A stretch of DNA of 64,000 bases from the human T2T-CHM13v2.0 reference genome, Homo sapiens (GCF_009914755.1 NC_060925.1), one strand, 5' to 3'; counted from the first letter of the stretch, positions 24,915 through 39,799 are shown. The notes: a model not told the origin generated them from the sequence alone. Numbers and translations: made by a program.

Positions 24915-25050
24915 AATGGCTAGCACAGAGCTTGGAGTTAGATAGGCCAAGTTTCTCTACTACTGATGAGCTGTATCATGCAAAGTCATACAAGTTACTT
25001 AAAATACTTAAGACTCTGATTCTTCTTCTGTAAAGTGAGTATAATAACGT
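24915..25050 (+). mobile_element. MIR
   Basis: gagcttggagttagataggcc...caagttacttaa...cttctgtaaagtgagtataataa. Confidence 0.5.
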
Positions 25051-25584
25051 CTTTCAGTGTGTGTTAGTGAATTCTTGACAGACCTATGCTCGAAAACATG
25101 GACCTTCTCTTCAATTTTTGCCTTAATACTGTGAGTTTGGGTCCCAATCTTAGAACTTGACCTTTTCCCTCCCCTCCAGATAACATGATCAGCTTTTCTT
25201 TGTCGGGTTCCTGAATGTCAAACTTGTAATGCCAACCATTTGCCACATAAAGGAGAAGATCTCATTTACTCCTAACAAATGAGTTCTCTTATAAAAAACA
25301 AAAACAAAAAACCAATATCAATGTCAAGTGAAGCAAATCTCAGCTGTGGGCTCCATCAGCTATCCAGACCTTGAGAAGCTTTGTGGTTCTCTGCTCAGTT
25401 AATATGTGTCTGACACCCACCTTTTCAAGTGAAGCCAGTGCAGTGAAGTCAGTCTGGTGCTGCACAGATGAGGTGAAAAGTGGATGGAGAGGCTCAGACT
25501 CACCAACTACAGTTGTTCCTTCATTTAGATAGTTGTAGAGTTCCCATAGAACTAGGAGTGGTCATTCAAAATGATCCCTTGCCA

Positions 25585-26030
25585 CGGTAGTAGACTTTTT
25601 TCTTTTTTTCTTTTATTTTTTAGCAATCCTACTGCCAACATGCCATTCTATTTAAATGGAAAATGCCACTGTGTATACTATTATTGTAATAAGGTACCTT
25701 GTCTCCAAGTCAGAAGTTAAGAAAGAGAAATGAAAGTTTTCAGGCCTCTTGGCAGCTGGGGCTCAGTCCTGTGACCTTGCCTTTGTTAACCAGGTCATTC
25801 TGTTTGGGGTCTTGACTCCTGAATGAGAATGGTGAGGATTCATTCATGATCACTTCGATGATGGCAGTGGCAGCATCATGTCACAATGCTATTGGGTTCA
25901 CCTATGTAATACGATGTCTTCTCCAATTTCTAGAGGGAGTAGCAGGTGGTGAAGCCAGTTTTTGGTTTAGGAAAGTCTGGGATTTGTAGCTGCCTTTACA
26001 AATTTGGTGCTCAACAGACATGAGAGGTAA
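25585..26030 (+). mobile_element. LTR33-like ERVL solo LTR (degenerate)
   Basis: ggtagtagac start; caggcctcttggcagctgggg...tgtgacctt; gatggcagtggcagcatc. Confidence 0.45.
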
Positions 26031-26377
26031 CAAGGAGTTAATCTTACTAAGGAACTAAGATTACCTAGCATACTTTCACTACCCACTTGTCCTCAGGTCT
26101 TCTGTGATTTAAGACAAGCATTTTTCATTGCTTTTGGCCACCAAGTAGAGTTCACTGAATCTATAATGACGATCACAATATAAGCGATTTTATTAACCTG
26201 TCGGTTACTATACAACTTTCTTATTCTGGTCACATCCCAAATCCAGGAGGGTGGTGAAAATGCAAGACTGTTCTTTATTCCCAAAGTACTGAATTTCACA
26301 TCATTCTTTCATGAATGGGCACAGGTATACTTGTATGTATATCTGGCTTATAAATCCTTAAGAATGTTGGTGGTTTA

Positions 26378-26738
<361 letters not shown>

Positions 26739-26757
26739 TAAAAGTTAGTTTGGGTAA

Positions 26758-27049
<292 letters not shown>

Positions 27050-27914
27050 AAAAGTTAGTTTGGGTAACTATATGTGTATTTGGACATTATGTCTAAGACA
27101 CTATTATTTGCATTGTTTCCTAGAAGTTCCCCAAATGTGTTATTGTGATGAGACTACCCTAAAAATGGGTTCTGTGTTCATATGAGTTTTCAGAGAACTA
27201 CATAAAATCTCTTTCTCTTAATAATCCACACTGTATATTAGCATGTTAAGGACTTCACAATTCCTGAGAAAATGAGCTTACTTCACATCGTTTGACTCAG
27301 AGTTTTACAAATTTGCATGACTACAAAGACCCTTCCTGTAAAATAAAAACTATGGGACTAACACTTTATGAGATATATTTTGGGAAATGTTACCATAATA
27401 TGCATTTTTCTATTGTATTTTTCTGCATCACATGTTTTCACCAACAGATGCACTGGGCTTACATGGGAGAAGAGCAGGTACTAACAGAGATATTCATTTG
27501 TAAGTCAATTCATTCCAGTGGTCCTTCCCCATGGTGACAGTCTCCCATGCAGTGTAGGGGCAGGGAGAAGTGCTTTTCTTGTTATATAAAAGGATCAGAA
27601 ACTTATTTATTTACCTACATTTACCTACAGTCTTTGATGAAGCCTTCCTTGGCACAAATTTATACCTTTAGACATAGGTCCAGATTGTTACTGTCTTCAT
27701 AGATTTAATTCACTGATTATTTTAACCAAAGAGGTCTCCAAAGTGATAAGATAATGAGATGGCTTCACAAAGAATGTAGAAAACTGAAACCTCTTCTGGT
27801 AAAAATACAAAGAACTGTATGAAAATGATACACACCAAATTCAGGATGGTGGTTACTGCTGCCAGGATGTGGGAGGTGGTCAGGAAGTGATACACAAAGG
27901 AAGGCATGGCAGGT

Positions 27915-28460
27915 GTGCTCCTGGGAAACACTATGAAACCCTGAGGGTTGAGCCCAGGGCAGCCTTCAGGAATGCTCTCAAGAAAGACAGCTGTGAAAAC
28001 ATGTGGTGTTTGGTTTTCTGTTCCTGTGTTAGTGTGCTGACCATGGCACATGTATACCTATGTAACAAACCTGCACGTTCTGCACATGTATCCCAGAACT
28101 GAAAGTATAATAATTAAAAAATAAAAAAATAAAAAAAATAAAGACAACTGTGAAAGAAAAAGGGAAGAAGAGAGAGGGAGAAGCTGAGCTGTAATACCTT
28201 TGCAAAACTGCCTTCAACCTAACTCTCGGTCCTTCAGAGATGTGTCCAGAATCCAGGCAAGAGGGTCGGGTATTTGTACCCCTGCGTCAACCAGTCATTG
28301 GAAGTGAGCTGCTCCTGGAGAGGAAGAGAGATAGGGTGACCTTGGTCAAGGCAACTTCAGCTGAAAGCAGCCAACCCGCCAGGCAACTGGTGGAGTGGGT
28401 GTCTTGGTTCTGAAGTGGGAATCTGGTAGCATCACTCTATGCCCTTCAGAGGATTTACCA
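27915..28460 (-). mobile_element. LTR16C-like ERVL solo LTR interrupted by an L1PA insertion
   Basis: agagggagaagctgagctgtaat...ccttcagag...gtacccctgcgtcaaccagtcattgg...gtgaccttggtcaagg...ctgaagtgggaatctgg. Confidence 0.6.
27999..28139 (+). mobile_element. Mini L1PA (approx. PA6-8) with 5' inversion
   Basis: 27999-28040 is antisense L1 3' sequence; 28041 onward is the sense L1 end ccatggcacatgtatacctatgtaacaaacctgcacg plus an A-tail; TSD aaagaca(g/a)ctgtgaaa at 27983-27998 and 28140-28155. Confidence 0.9.
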
Positions 28461-28899
28461 CCACTGGCAAATTTGTATTTGTTTAAATACAACATCTATA
28501 TTTTATTAATAAAATTTATTTTCATGCATGGTTATTCTTACCTTATTCTTTATATCTTGTTATTGTCTTCAATCATGCAAAATAAATTTTAAGAACAAAA
28601 TGTTGAAAGAATACATTTATCATGAAGAAATTTCATGCAGTAATGCTTCAAATCATTCCAAATCACTGGGAAAAGAATACGTTCTGCATGACTGACTCTT
28701 CTAGTTGAAAGATTTACCTAAATGCCAAAACTTTTAAACACTATTTTTAAAGGAAATCTTACTAAAATCTTGCTCATATATCCATATCTTAATGAAAAGG
28801 CTGAAATGTGCATAATAGAATCTTTCCTTGATGAGTAAATGTTTTTATTAGTTTGGGTCCTCAAATATACTTTGTAGAAACTCGTCTTATCTCCCCCTC

Positions 28900-29420
28900 A
28901 CATACAATTAATCTTTGTTTCTCTACTTGTATTCCAGCCAAACCATTCCCCTTTTTGGCTTTTAAACTTTTTTTTAAATTGGAATCACCATTCTCAAATT
29001 CCCTTAGGTTTGTAATCCAGAATCAGCTTTACCTCTCAGCCACTCCTTCACTTTTGCATCTAGTTAACAAATTGGTCAACAAATCCCACAAGTTCTGCAT
29101 CTTCACTACTTCTAGCATCTGCTCTCTCTTTCTATTCCCTGGCCATAAAACCTCTAACTGGACTAGTACATTGGCATCTAAATTAATGTCTCCAGTTGAA
29201 ACTATCAGACCAGTCTCCTACAACTCAACTCTGATCATGTCACTTCACTACTTAGAATTCTCAGTGGCCAGAAGCTAGACAGTAAGGGCCCTTCCTGTCC
29301 ACTGTTGTCTTACTTTGTCTCACTGTTGTCTTACTGTTGCCACTGACCTCTCCAGTTTCTCCTCCCACTATTTGTCCCTAAGCACATTAGTTTCATCCAT
29401 AAGTGCATAGTTTATGCTTT
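28900..29420 (+). mobile_element. L2 fragment
   Basis: C/T-rich L2-like sequence; ctgatcatgtcacttcactacttagaattctcagtggc. Confidence 0.55.
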
Positions 29421-29504
29421 TTCAGTCTTTGCTGTTCCTATAATCTGTGGGCTCCTAAAGGCAGAGGAAAGCCTACATACCAAAATACTGAGAACGGAAG
29501 GGTA

Positions 29505-29740
29505 TTTAGTTTAAGAGAGTAGGCTCTGGAACCAGCCTCCATGGTTTACTTCTATCCACTTACTAATTGTATGACTTTGAGTATGTTACTCAATTTCTTT
29601 CTGCCTAAGTTCCTCATTTGTAAAATGAGGACAGTAGCATCTGCATCAGACGTTGTGAACTAAATGGTTCATAGATGGAATTGCTTAGAAGACTGCCTGG
29701 CTTATAATAAGCATTCTATACATTTTGTCTATTATTATTG
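29505..29740 (+). mobile_element. MIR (near full length)
   Basis: gttaagagagtaggctctggaaccag...cacttactaattgtatgactttgag...ttcctcatttgtaaaatgagg...tgcttagaagactgcctggc. Confidence 0.8.
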
Positions 29741-32700
29741 CTTTTGTTCAGGCCAAATTAAAGTCTTCACTGGCACCTACTTTTATATAGGATCTTTTAC
29801 TGTAGCCCCATGATGCATTGTCCTTTTAAAGCCATTTGCTGATTTGCTACTTGCTAATTGTATGTCTGGTCCCAGATTTTTTAATTTGGTGATTCCTTCC
29901 TTTCCTAATTCAGGAAATGTATTTTATCGAAAGTCACGGAAACCAGTGCATGCAAGCTTAATGTTTACTGAATGGCTCCAACAGGTAATCATGCCAATAT
30001 CTAAGAACAGGAAATTGCAGACAGCTAGGCCACATGGGATTAGGCTGAAACTTCTGTCTGTTCTAGGCCATTTCACACTGTTTTAGTCTGCTTCTGGGTT
30101 CTTTCCCTAGTTCTCTTAGCAGACTGACTTTCTCTGCTCAGTTTTGCTGTTTCCCCCTATTCTTCTTGCACATGAGTGGATTGAGTTTGCTAAGACACTG
30201 ATTACTGCTTGGATATCACTTGGCTTTGCATCTGGGCTCCCTACAACTAACAAACACAGTCTTTTGGTATCTGAATTCCAAATTCTTAGGAAGTAGTATT
30301 TTACTGGCTCAGGTGGAATATGGTTTGGTTCCCTAGATTAAGTGCCCCCTTCTATTTCAGTTGCTGTAGTCAAAGCTATAGCTTTATCTGATTCAAAGAT
30401 AATAACTTAGAATATCCCTCCTATAGCGGCAGTGGGTGGGGAATATTACCATTACCAAAGATGGGCATAGGCACAGTGCAGATGCCACAAAATAGGCATG
30501 GATCCTGTCACCGTCTTTACTGGAGTAAGATATATCTTAGTGTATTCTTGCAGAATGCCTGCTTTCTTTACTCTCTTTTGCCACTCCAGAAGCACTAAAG
30601 AATACCAGGGAAAACCTATTGGTACCAAGTATTTTGAAATCCACTCTTAATTTCATGGATGTTTTCCAGAACAGACCTACAAGTCTTAAGGTGGTTTCAC
30701 TCAGCTTTCATGGGTTAAAACAGTCTTGAGAAAGCTCCTGGTACTCAGTAGAGTCTGACTTAAATTGAGGCTTAATGCCACTGTACATTACATTCCTGAG
30801 CCACATGTTTGTTATAAATGCAGTCTGGTGACTTTTTACTCTTGAGGGCAGCCACACTCCAATAAAGGTTTGGTCTTCATGACATAAGGTGAAGTTCAAT
30901 GATAAGAGTTAGCTGATAACATTTGAAATTATTGAATTTGGAATCCAAGTAAAGAAACAGCTAATAAGGAATATATCTTTATCCTTTTATTCTAAATTCT
31001 CAGAATTAGCTTCCATGTCACCCATTTTCCCCAGAAAATCAGCCAACTCTTGTAACCAATTTGTGTGTCACAGGTGTTAGAGAAGGGTACTCTTTTGGCT
31101 CTATTTCTCATTTCATTTCATTTTCATTTGTTGGGGCATGTATAATTAAGTTTACCTGCCCTTCCCCAGAAGGCAATTATTGGTTTAGATTGCCTTATAA
31201 TTGTCTCAGGTCTTTAATGGCTTCGCTGATATTTAGCAGTGTTGCTCCTGTTTCCTCTTTTATTTTAAACCATTTGTCCTTTTTGTTTTACCCTGACATT
31301 GATCTGTGTTGTTCCTCTCTGCAAACAAAAGAACCAACATCCCACATTGCATAAACATTTGTGTCACACTTTCCTCTCGAAATTAGTATTCTTTTAAACT
31401 GGTTAACACATTTGTACTGTCTCTGACACCTTTAACTATGACAACTATGAAACAAAATAGTGAACAGTGAACAAACACATCACTGAAAACCGATTAGATT
31501 AATTACTATTCGGGACAGTGCTTAGATTAATTATTTTGTTTGTGTAGTATGTTCGTTAAGTGGTTGCCTGATTGCTGCTTAGAAGATTGATTGCTTCTTA
31601 CATTTACCTTGTGGATTCTGTGGGGAAAATATCTTTTAGGATTCATCACTTCTCAAAGCCCAGGGGGCTTTGTTGACATGAGAATGCTCCAGTAAAGCTG
31701 TAAAATGGAGAACCAACTGAGGAAAATGTGTTCTTTAAATAAACACCTACAGTGGTGGCTAGAGTAGCCATCAGATCTGTTTAACATCAGGAGAAACAAC
31801 TGATGATAAAATTGAGTTAATACGAACTATACAATCTGAAAACCCAGCACACCAGCTGGATTGTAAAATTGAGGTGAATAAGCACTTACCAAGATTTTCT
31901 CTGTATCCAGTAAGCTAAAATAACAAAGTCTTGGTGACTTTACGCTCATTTTACCTCTTGACTGTCATGTACCTCACTTCCCAGTAGCAGCCGCATGAGG
32001 ACTGCTGCTGCTACTGCTGTTTGAGTCTGCCCTGGCAATGGGGCTCAAGAGCTCCCCGGGCTCCTTCTGAAGAATCCACACCACTGCCCTTTGAGGCGCT
32101 TGCCTCGCTGTAGGAAACTTCATGGGGTTATGTGATGCATAAGAGCATGCATTATCTACTGTGTTCAAGGGGTGACTGCCTGCACTAGGAAAGGATTTAT
32201 GATAATAGGATTTTGTGCAATGGGGAATCGTAACAAATTTAAATAGAAGAGTACTTTTGAAAGAAAAAAAATGAGTTGAGGATTAAAAATAGAACAGACT
32301 TTTGTTTAGTGAAAGACTGAGCTAATCTCTCCATTTGGGGACACAAAAATACATTGCTTGCCCATGATTGTGTATTATACCTATCTGTGACTTTGAATGC
32401 TTATGGCGGTATTAGACACACAGCTTTAGTATTCAAAGAGGCTTCATACATCCCTGCCAAAAATACTGTACCTTTGTCCAGAAGAGAAAGACTAAAGAAT
32501 CTTCCTATGCTTCTAGTCTTTTGACCTTAATATTTGCATCTATTAATTATATTCATAAACAACTACAACACAATTACACAAAATACTTAGATGTAGGGCA
32601 CTGAAAATACCTAGGACTTTTAATACTATAGATTAAAACTAAGGAAGCATTATAACTAATATGCATCCCAGCAAATGAGAAGGAAATAACCAAAATAGTA

Positions 32701-33899
32701 AAATAATTAAAATAAAAGTTGCCTCATGTTTTAATCAGTCTTCCCTCTGTAGCTTGAGATTTCAGAAGGTAAGCTATTTACAAACATAAAATGTTTTTAG
32801 CATTTAAAATCATTTTGAACTTAAGATTATTAAACATCGTAACCATCATGTCATTATGGCAAAGATAGTTTTCCTCCATAAAGACACAGTCATTGCCCAA
32901 AGGAGAAGCAGCCAAGAGCATAGGTATTAGGACAGTGATAAATGAGAGGATGAGAGATGGAGTGGTTGTTTGTGATTTGGTTGGCTTTCTACAATGGTGC
33001 AAAGACTGAAATAAAAGGAAATGCATTAGCCCAGATGAAAATATATTTAAGGCCTTTTTGATTAAGTTCTTCTTTTCCTGTGTGACTTGAAAGCTGAAAC
33101 TCGATGAGAATTAATTTTTTAAACATCTTTCTTTCTCATTAACTGCCCTTTTGTCTCTTTGAAGATACCTGTCTATGTTCCAGTCGAATACGAAATTCTA
33201 GTAATTCAAGTTTTTCAACTTACCACCCACATTCCTGGATTCTGACAGACAGTGGGGCTGAGACTATTGTGGGGATAAAGTTGCCTATATAACAAGTTTT
33301 CTCTGGTTTGAAAACTTAAGTTCAGCACATTTAGAAATAGCCTGGAATCTTGAAAAATGAGCCCTGTTTTTCATAGCATCCCTGATACCTTCCTTTCTTA
33401 GCCTATTCACACATAATTGTATCTTTTACAACTAAAACCTATTCTATTAAAATGAATTGCTTATAGTTATTATTATACTTAAAATATAACTGTTTTGAGA
33501 AAGTTGAAAATATGTGTTTGGAACCTCACTGGGCTGTTCATAAGCTATTGTCTTAATTGTAAAAGCAACAAATTCAGTGCATCTGTAAGAATGTGATTTT
33601 AAGTTAATGAAACTAGTTTTCATGTGTTGTTTATTAAAGTTATTACATTATGGTCACATCTCAAACATTCTCTGTAATTATTTGATGGCTAAATGTGGCT
33701 GTCCTTTTAAGAGGAAAATGACATTATTGATCCATTGTTACTCCCCACCCACAATTTACTTTAATTGTCTTTTCCTCTTATGGGCCATGAGCTTCCCACT
33801 GGCCTCTCAATTTCCTCATGTAACCAAAGATATCTCTCAGAACCTGGTAACCAGGGTGGTGAGTACTTGGTGTTTTCTGGAGCTATGAACTGCTAACTG

Positions 33900-34390
33900 G
33901 ACTCATTCATTCAGTCAGTCCATCAATGAGTAAATGTATTTATGCACTATTGAACACTTACACAGATTCTACACCACATAATTTTATTTTCTGTATGAAT
34001 AGATGGCATAACTCCTGTTTTCAGAGAGCTCAAAATTTTGTGAGAGGACCTGCAAAGGAGCAAGCAATTAACATAAAGAGTATTCGAAGTTAGCGTAACA
34101 GAGCCCAGAGAGGTAACAGAAGGTGTCCCAAGGGAAGACAGAATAAGAGCTCTCAGAAAGGAAGAGCTAAGGGGAGGATGTCCAGGCAGAGAATGCCGCA
34201 TTTGCAGGCAGTTGCAGAGAGAACCTTGCTCCAGTAGTTCCATGAGCCTGGACGGGAGGAGAGGAGAGAGCGGGAGAGGAAGACAGGGCAAGGAAGCCGT
34301 TGGGGAAGGCTTTGGAAGCCATTCATTTGGCATTTACCCTGCAGAAACTAGAGAGCAAATGAAGGATTTAATCAAGAGAATGACTTCTGT
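33900..34390 (-). mobile_element. L2 3' end
   Basis: cattcattcagtcagtc...tatttatgcacta; ccaggcagagaatgccgcatttgc; ggctttggaagcc. Confidence 0.6.
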
Positions 34391-36064
34391 CCAATTAGTA
34401 TCAAATTCTAACTGAATTAATCAGCCATACTTTATGCCCTTCCTATACCTGTCAAAATGTCCAAATTGTTATTTTTTTTTATTGTCCAAACTGAGTTGGC
34501 TTCCATTTCTGACAGATTTGACTTTGAAATGTTTTTGCTTATCTGACAATATGGAGATTTTTCTTTCTGGTCTGAATCTCTGACTGCTATTTTCCTTCCT
34601 CAACTACCTGCTGGAAATCTTTTATCATGCTAAATTAGAAAGGTAAATATGCTCCAAAAAATAATGGTAAACAATATTAAAAAAGAGATTATGTGCTATT
34701 TATATGATATTAACTACCTGCCTTTATCGTCATTTGGACTGAATGAACCAGTTTAGAAACCAGTTTAAATCATAATTCATAACATTCAAAATAGAAAAAA
34801 ATCTTAGGAGGTCCTCGTGGAAACATCACTGAAATATATTTTTGTTAAAAGTATCCCAAGACTGTAGAACAGCTAGATCTAGAGAAATATTTGAGAAAAG
34901 TAGGCCTTTTGATATGTGTCCTTCCAAATATTTATTTTGTATTTTAAGTATAGACTGGAAAATAAAAAGAATGCCTTTCATCTCTTTAATATTTTGCCTC
35001 AACTTCGCAGTCAGCTCTTTGGAACTAGAGGATTTACTTCTTTTTTCTTTAAGATAATGAAAAGACCAAAACCTATCAATATGGTCATTTTGTATATCTT
35101 AATGAATAAACTGAAATGCTACACAGCGGCTCCAGTCACCTGATTTGGAATTGATTGTGAATATATCCAAAAATACGCAGCCAATTTGATCCCTGCATGT
35201 AGATGGGGGTCTATGGATGGGCACTGTGTGGGGGGATTAGAACCCTCTTTGCATGGACTCCAGCTGAGAGAACCCTTCCACATGTTAGCCAGAGACCCAG
35301 AGTAGGGGTAAGCAAATGTCCTGCAGAGGCATGGCAGAGAGCAAAATCACAGATGCAGCTTGCTAGAATTTCCCACAATCAAAATATCTTATTCTTCCAA
35401 TGACCTCAGCAATGAAAAAGTATCCTACATTTCCACATTAATAATCCAGTTTTCCTTTTCATGTTTCTCCTTTGTTTCAGGAGCCTCAGGCCTAGGGTAA
35501 CCCAGAAAGCCTTCTTTCCTCCAAGGTTATTTTATTATTTAGGACATCATCGGTGATAATAGGAGCTCCTTTCCCATTTTAAAATTTTGGACATGTAGGA
35601 TTAAAACATTATATGAAAGACACTCTAGGGTTAATCACTAAACCTACAAATGGCATTGGCAGTCTTGCCCTGTGTAGATAGGATCATCTATGTTTGGGTT
35701 TATGGGATGAATATCATTAAACTGAATGCTCTTACTCGGAATATTTTTTTTTATTTAATGTTTTGCCCAAGGAAAGTCTTATTAAGTGTTGTAATGGCTC
35801 TAAGAGTTGTTGGTTTTTTTTTTTCATTTTATTAGTGGTTGAGAAAAAAAAAAAACCCATGATATTAGTAAAACTAATTGTCACTACATTAAAATAATGC
35901 AGGTTTATCTCTGAATTAAAGCGTGTTACTTTATCTACTCAGACAAGTGACCCCAAAAAACCCACCTCTATAATAGACTCCTTAAATTGCATTTTATTAA
36001 AAAAAATAAAAGAAGTTGGAGTATAAACTTAGATCCTTTTTAGTGGCATGCATAAGCATAGTTT

Positions 36065-36265
36065 ATAATAACAGCAAACACTCATGGCAATTTGAACATG
36101 CCAGCATTCTTCCATGTATTAATTTCCTCACAAGATACCTGTTTTAAGGTGGCTTCTATTATATCCTGATTTTCCAAATGAGAAAACTGAGGCATGGGAA
36201 TTAAATAACTCACTTGAGTTCATAAACAAGGAAGTGGCAGAGCAGGATTTGAACTCAGGGCCCAT
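36065..36265 (-). mobile_element. MIR
   Basis: ttttccaaatgagaaaactgaggcatgggaattaaataactc...gtggcagagcaggatttgaactcagg. Confidence 0.75.
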
Positions 36266-38649
36266 CTCCACAGGGTACAATTGGCCACTTCACTGAATGC
36301 CTTTGACAAGGGAGAGAGTTCAGATTCCACGCAGTCAGCCCACTTTGGCAGGCGCAATCTTGAGGAACAGACTTTGGTCTGACAGTGTAGCCATCTTCAT
36401 ACAAAGAGAATAAAGTCTTTTTGTTGTTGTTGCTGTTGTTGTTATTATTTGTTTTAATCCTTGGAGAAAGGAAAAAAAAGTAAGATTAGAGAGAATGCAT
36501 GTGTTACCTGAAAAATCCAAAGGGAAAATGGAAAATAAAGTAAGGCAATAATTTAAAGGAGTCCTAAAAATTAATCAGCTCTCTAATGGGGATGACCAAA
36601 ATTTGATTGATAATAGAGGCAGGAAAGTAAATTATTAGAAAATGCTGGCTTAAGAAATACACTGTAAAAATGGTTGGGTTTAAAAATCATAAAACCATTA
36701 TGATTGTAAGTACTTTATTATTCCAATTTTCTTTTCTATTTTTGTGCTATGTTTTTTTCCAGTATATTTTTATTCAATCAAAGCTCCAAAGCAGTTTGTA
36801 ATGTAAAACTTCAAACTGTTTCCATCTGCATTACTGGCTCTTTCACACTAAAGTGCCCACTAGATCAAGGTAGCAAGTGTGTTCATTGGAAAAAGCTCGG
36901 TGCTATAAATAACAGGAATAAATTGACAAGGTTTCCTGAAAGGATCACCAGTGTTAGGAAGCATGTGTAAGGCATGAAATGTAACACAGCTTAAATTTAC
37001 TAGCCCATATAATCATCAAAATTAGACTTAGGAAATATCTTTAAAATCATTTAGTTTAACTCTGAACTTATTATTTTGGATAATTTTCATTGATATAAAT
37101 CCAGAACCTATTAGAACTCATTTTTTAGGTTGTTTCCCTCAAGCTCTTCTCTTTCATTTTCCTTCCTAAAATATTATTCTGCTGGGAATGAATAATTTAC
37201 ATTTGCTACTTCTGTTTTACCCTCATTATATGTTCCTCCCCCGCAAGATAAAATCTCCATCTTACTATTTGCTTTGTTCAAATACCAGTCAACTATTTCT
37301 CTCTAGTATGTGAGATGTGTGTGACGCAGATGACATATATCTTTCGCAGACTGATTTCTTTTGATTAGGTCTCTACTTTTCTTCTTTAAATAATTATTAA
37401 AAATCTTTATAGTTTTCTGTATATCTTGGGTCATAAATAGATTTCAGCATTCTGTTATTTTAATTATAATCCTACTGATTCAGAGTCCAGAATAAGTCAG
37501 AAACTTGCTAAAAATACTGAGCTAGGTGAGAGGGACACCACAGAGCCGAGATAGTAAAAATGGTTCATTCTCTTCATTTGAATGCAAATTATAGGTTATC
37601 TAAAATATGACTTTGGAATGCACAAGAAGACACACACTGAAAATTAAAATTTTGGCCATGTCTCTTCATGATAGTAAACAGTGATTGAAAAGTGAAAATA
37701 CTCATTTGATCCTCTCACGATACTAGTGTTCTGTGATAACATCATATAAAGATGAATGAGCTTTTTGATCATCCAGCTTTCCAGATATCCTACTTGAACT
37801 GACCTTGAGAAGAGTGATTTTTGCCAATACAAACTCTAAAGAGGCTTTGGCGAATGGAGAAAAGATGATCCTCTTCTCGCTGGCTACTTTCTGGGGCTGC
37901 TTTGGGACTTCTTTTCACACTCACCACAGAAACAAAATGTAGGGACAATGGGATCCCCATTTCACTCTGATGTTCTACAGCAGGCAGAGGGTCTACCCTG
38001 CCACCAACAATAGCTGTAGTCATCACAACAGCCTTCATAGAATGATATTCAGTTGTAGCATCAGCAATAAGACAAAAGAAAGTCCTGGAGTCACGTGCCC
38101 GTAGAAGCACCTGTCTCTGGCTTTTGGTCAGGGTCTTCCACAGCAGTCACTACCATCATTACAAACCATGTGTTTCAAGAACACATTACTTTTGAGAATG
38201 CCAGGGCTGAATTACTCCTGTTTGACATTCTCCCATCTAGCTTCTCTAGGCTCCAGAATAAGAGCATCCCCACCATTATTACCAAATAATACTATTGTCA
38301 AGATGATGATGTTTAGAGATCCCAAGAAATCAGTCAGGTGAGTACTCCCCTTCTACACCACACACGTACCGCTCTGGTTTCTTCTGTTGGCATTTTCTGC
38401 TGCTTCTGTTGCCTGACAAACCTGATAAATGAAAGCCACTGATTCAAAGCCAATATTTTACACAGAGAAAGGAGATTCCAGCTGGGACTACTCACCAAGG
38501 TTAGTTCATAGGCAAGAGAAAAAAGCAAGGAAAAGGATCTAGAGATCTTGGTGAACTAAAGCTGCAGCCCAGGTAAGTACATCTGAAGAGTTGTACAGTT
38601 ATGATGGATCAGAGCCCAGAGAAGTAGGAGTGCTGTTGATATTACTCGT

Positions 38650-38885
38650 TCTTTAATTCATTCATTTTTAAAAATTATTTGTTCTTTAATTCATTGATCC
38701 AGCAAATGTTTACCAGGTCCTGGGTCCTGTGCCAGGTACTATACTAAGTACTGGAGATATGAAAATGAACAAGGTAGACATAATCCCTGCCTTCATGTAA
38801 TGGATAGTCTAGTAGGGAATAAAGATGTTACACAAACATAAAAATGATTATTTAGTCACAACTATGATAAATGCTTTGTAAGCAT
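38650..38885 (-). mobile_element. L2 3' end
   Basis: cagcaaatgtttacc...tgtgccaggtactatactaagtactggagatatgaaaatgaacaaggtagacataatccctgccttcatg. Confidence 0.75.
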
Positions 38886-39117
38886 CTAAGATTTTCTTAA
38901 AATACCAGACAACTTCCAGTAGCCAATTTGATAACAATAAGGGAATTTGTTAACATCAGGTGGAAAATGCTGGCAGTTAAAACTTTTTGTCTGCATGTTT
39001 CACAGGATTTAAAAAAAAAAAGCTCTTCAGAAGATTTTAAACATTATAATTAATATTTTACTTTCAAGCCTGTTGTTGATTTTAGAAGATAAATTTGCTA
39101 TTTAAAAAGATAACTAG

Positions 39118-39520
<403 letters not shown>

Positions 39521-39799
39521 TTAACTATTGAAAAATTACATTCTAGGAGTTTACTCTGATTGAGGAAAATAAGATACACCTTAAAATAACCACAAAACAA
39601 GAATATGAGCTAAGGCCCTTGGCAGTTAATGTACCTAAGTGCTGTTTACATATTTTGAAGCTAAACGTTACAAAGACTTTTTCTGATTTATATATTTACA
39701 TTAAAAGCCTTTTACATTAAAAGTCTTATAAAGGTATTTTTCAAAGCCGTTACACATGTAGTAACACAATTAGTAAATCACATGAAATCTGAATGACTT

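Noticed and set aside
28853-29278. 141-aa ORF
   Set aside because: Non-ATG start, lies in pyrimidine-rich L2 decay, low-complexity S/L/F composition
29300-29345. Short imperfect tandem repeat (actgttgtctt); similar 9-15-bp duplications near 6170, 27610, 34745, 39695 and 42980
   Set aside because: Ordinary slippage duplications; no regular repeat-spacer array, so not CRISPR-like
37790-38110. 106-aa minus-strand ORF near the candidate exons
   Set aside because: Non-ATG start, no recognisable homology, no bounding minus-strand splice signals noticed
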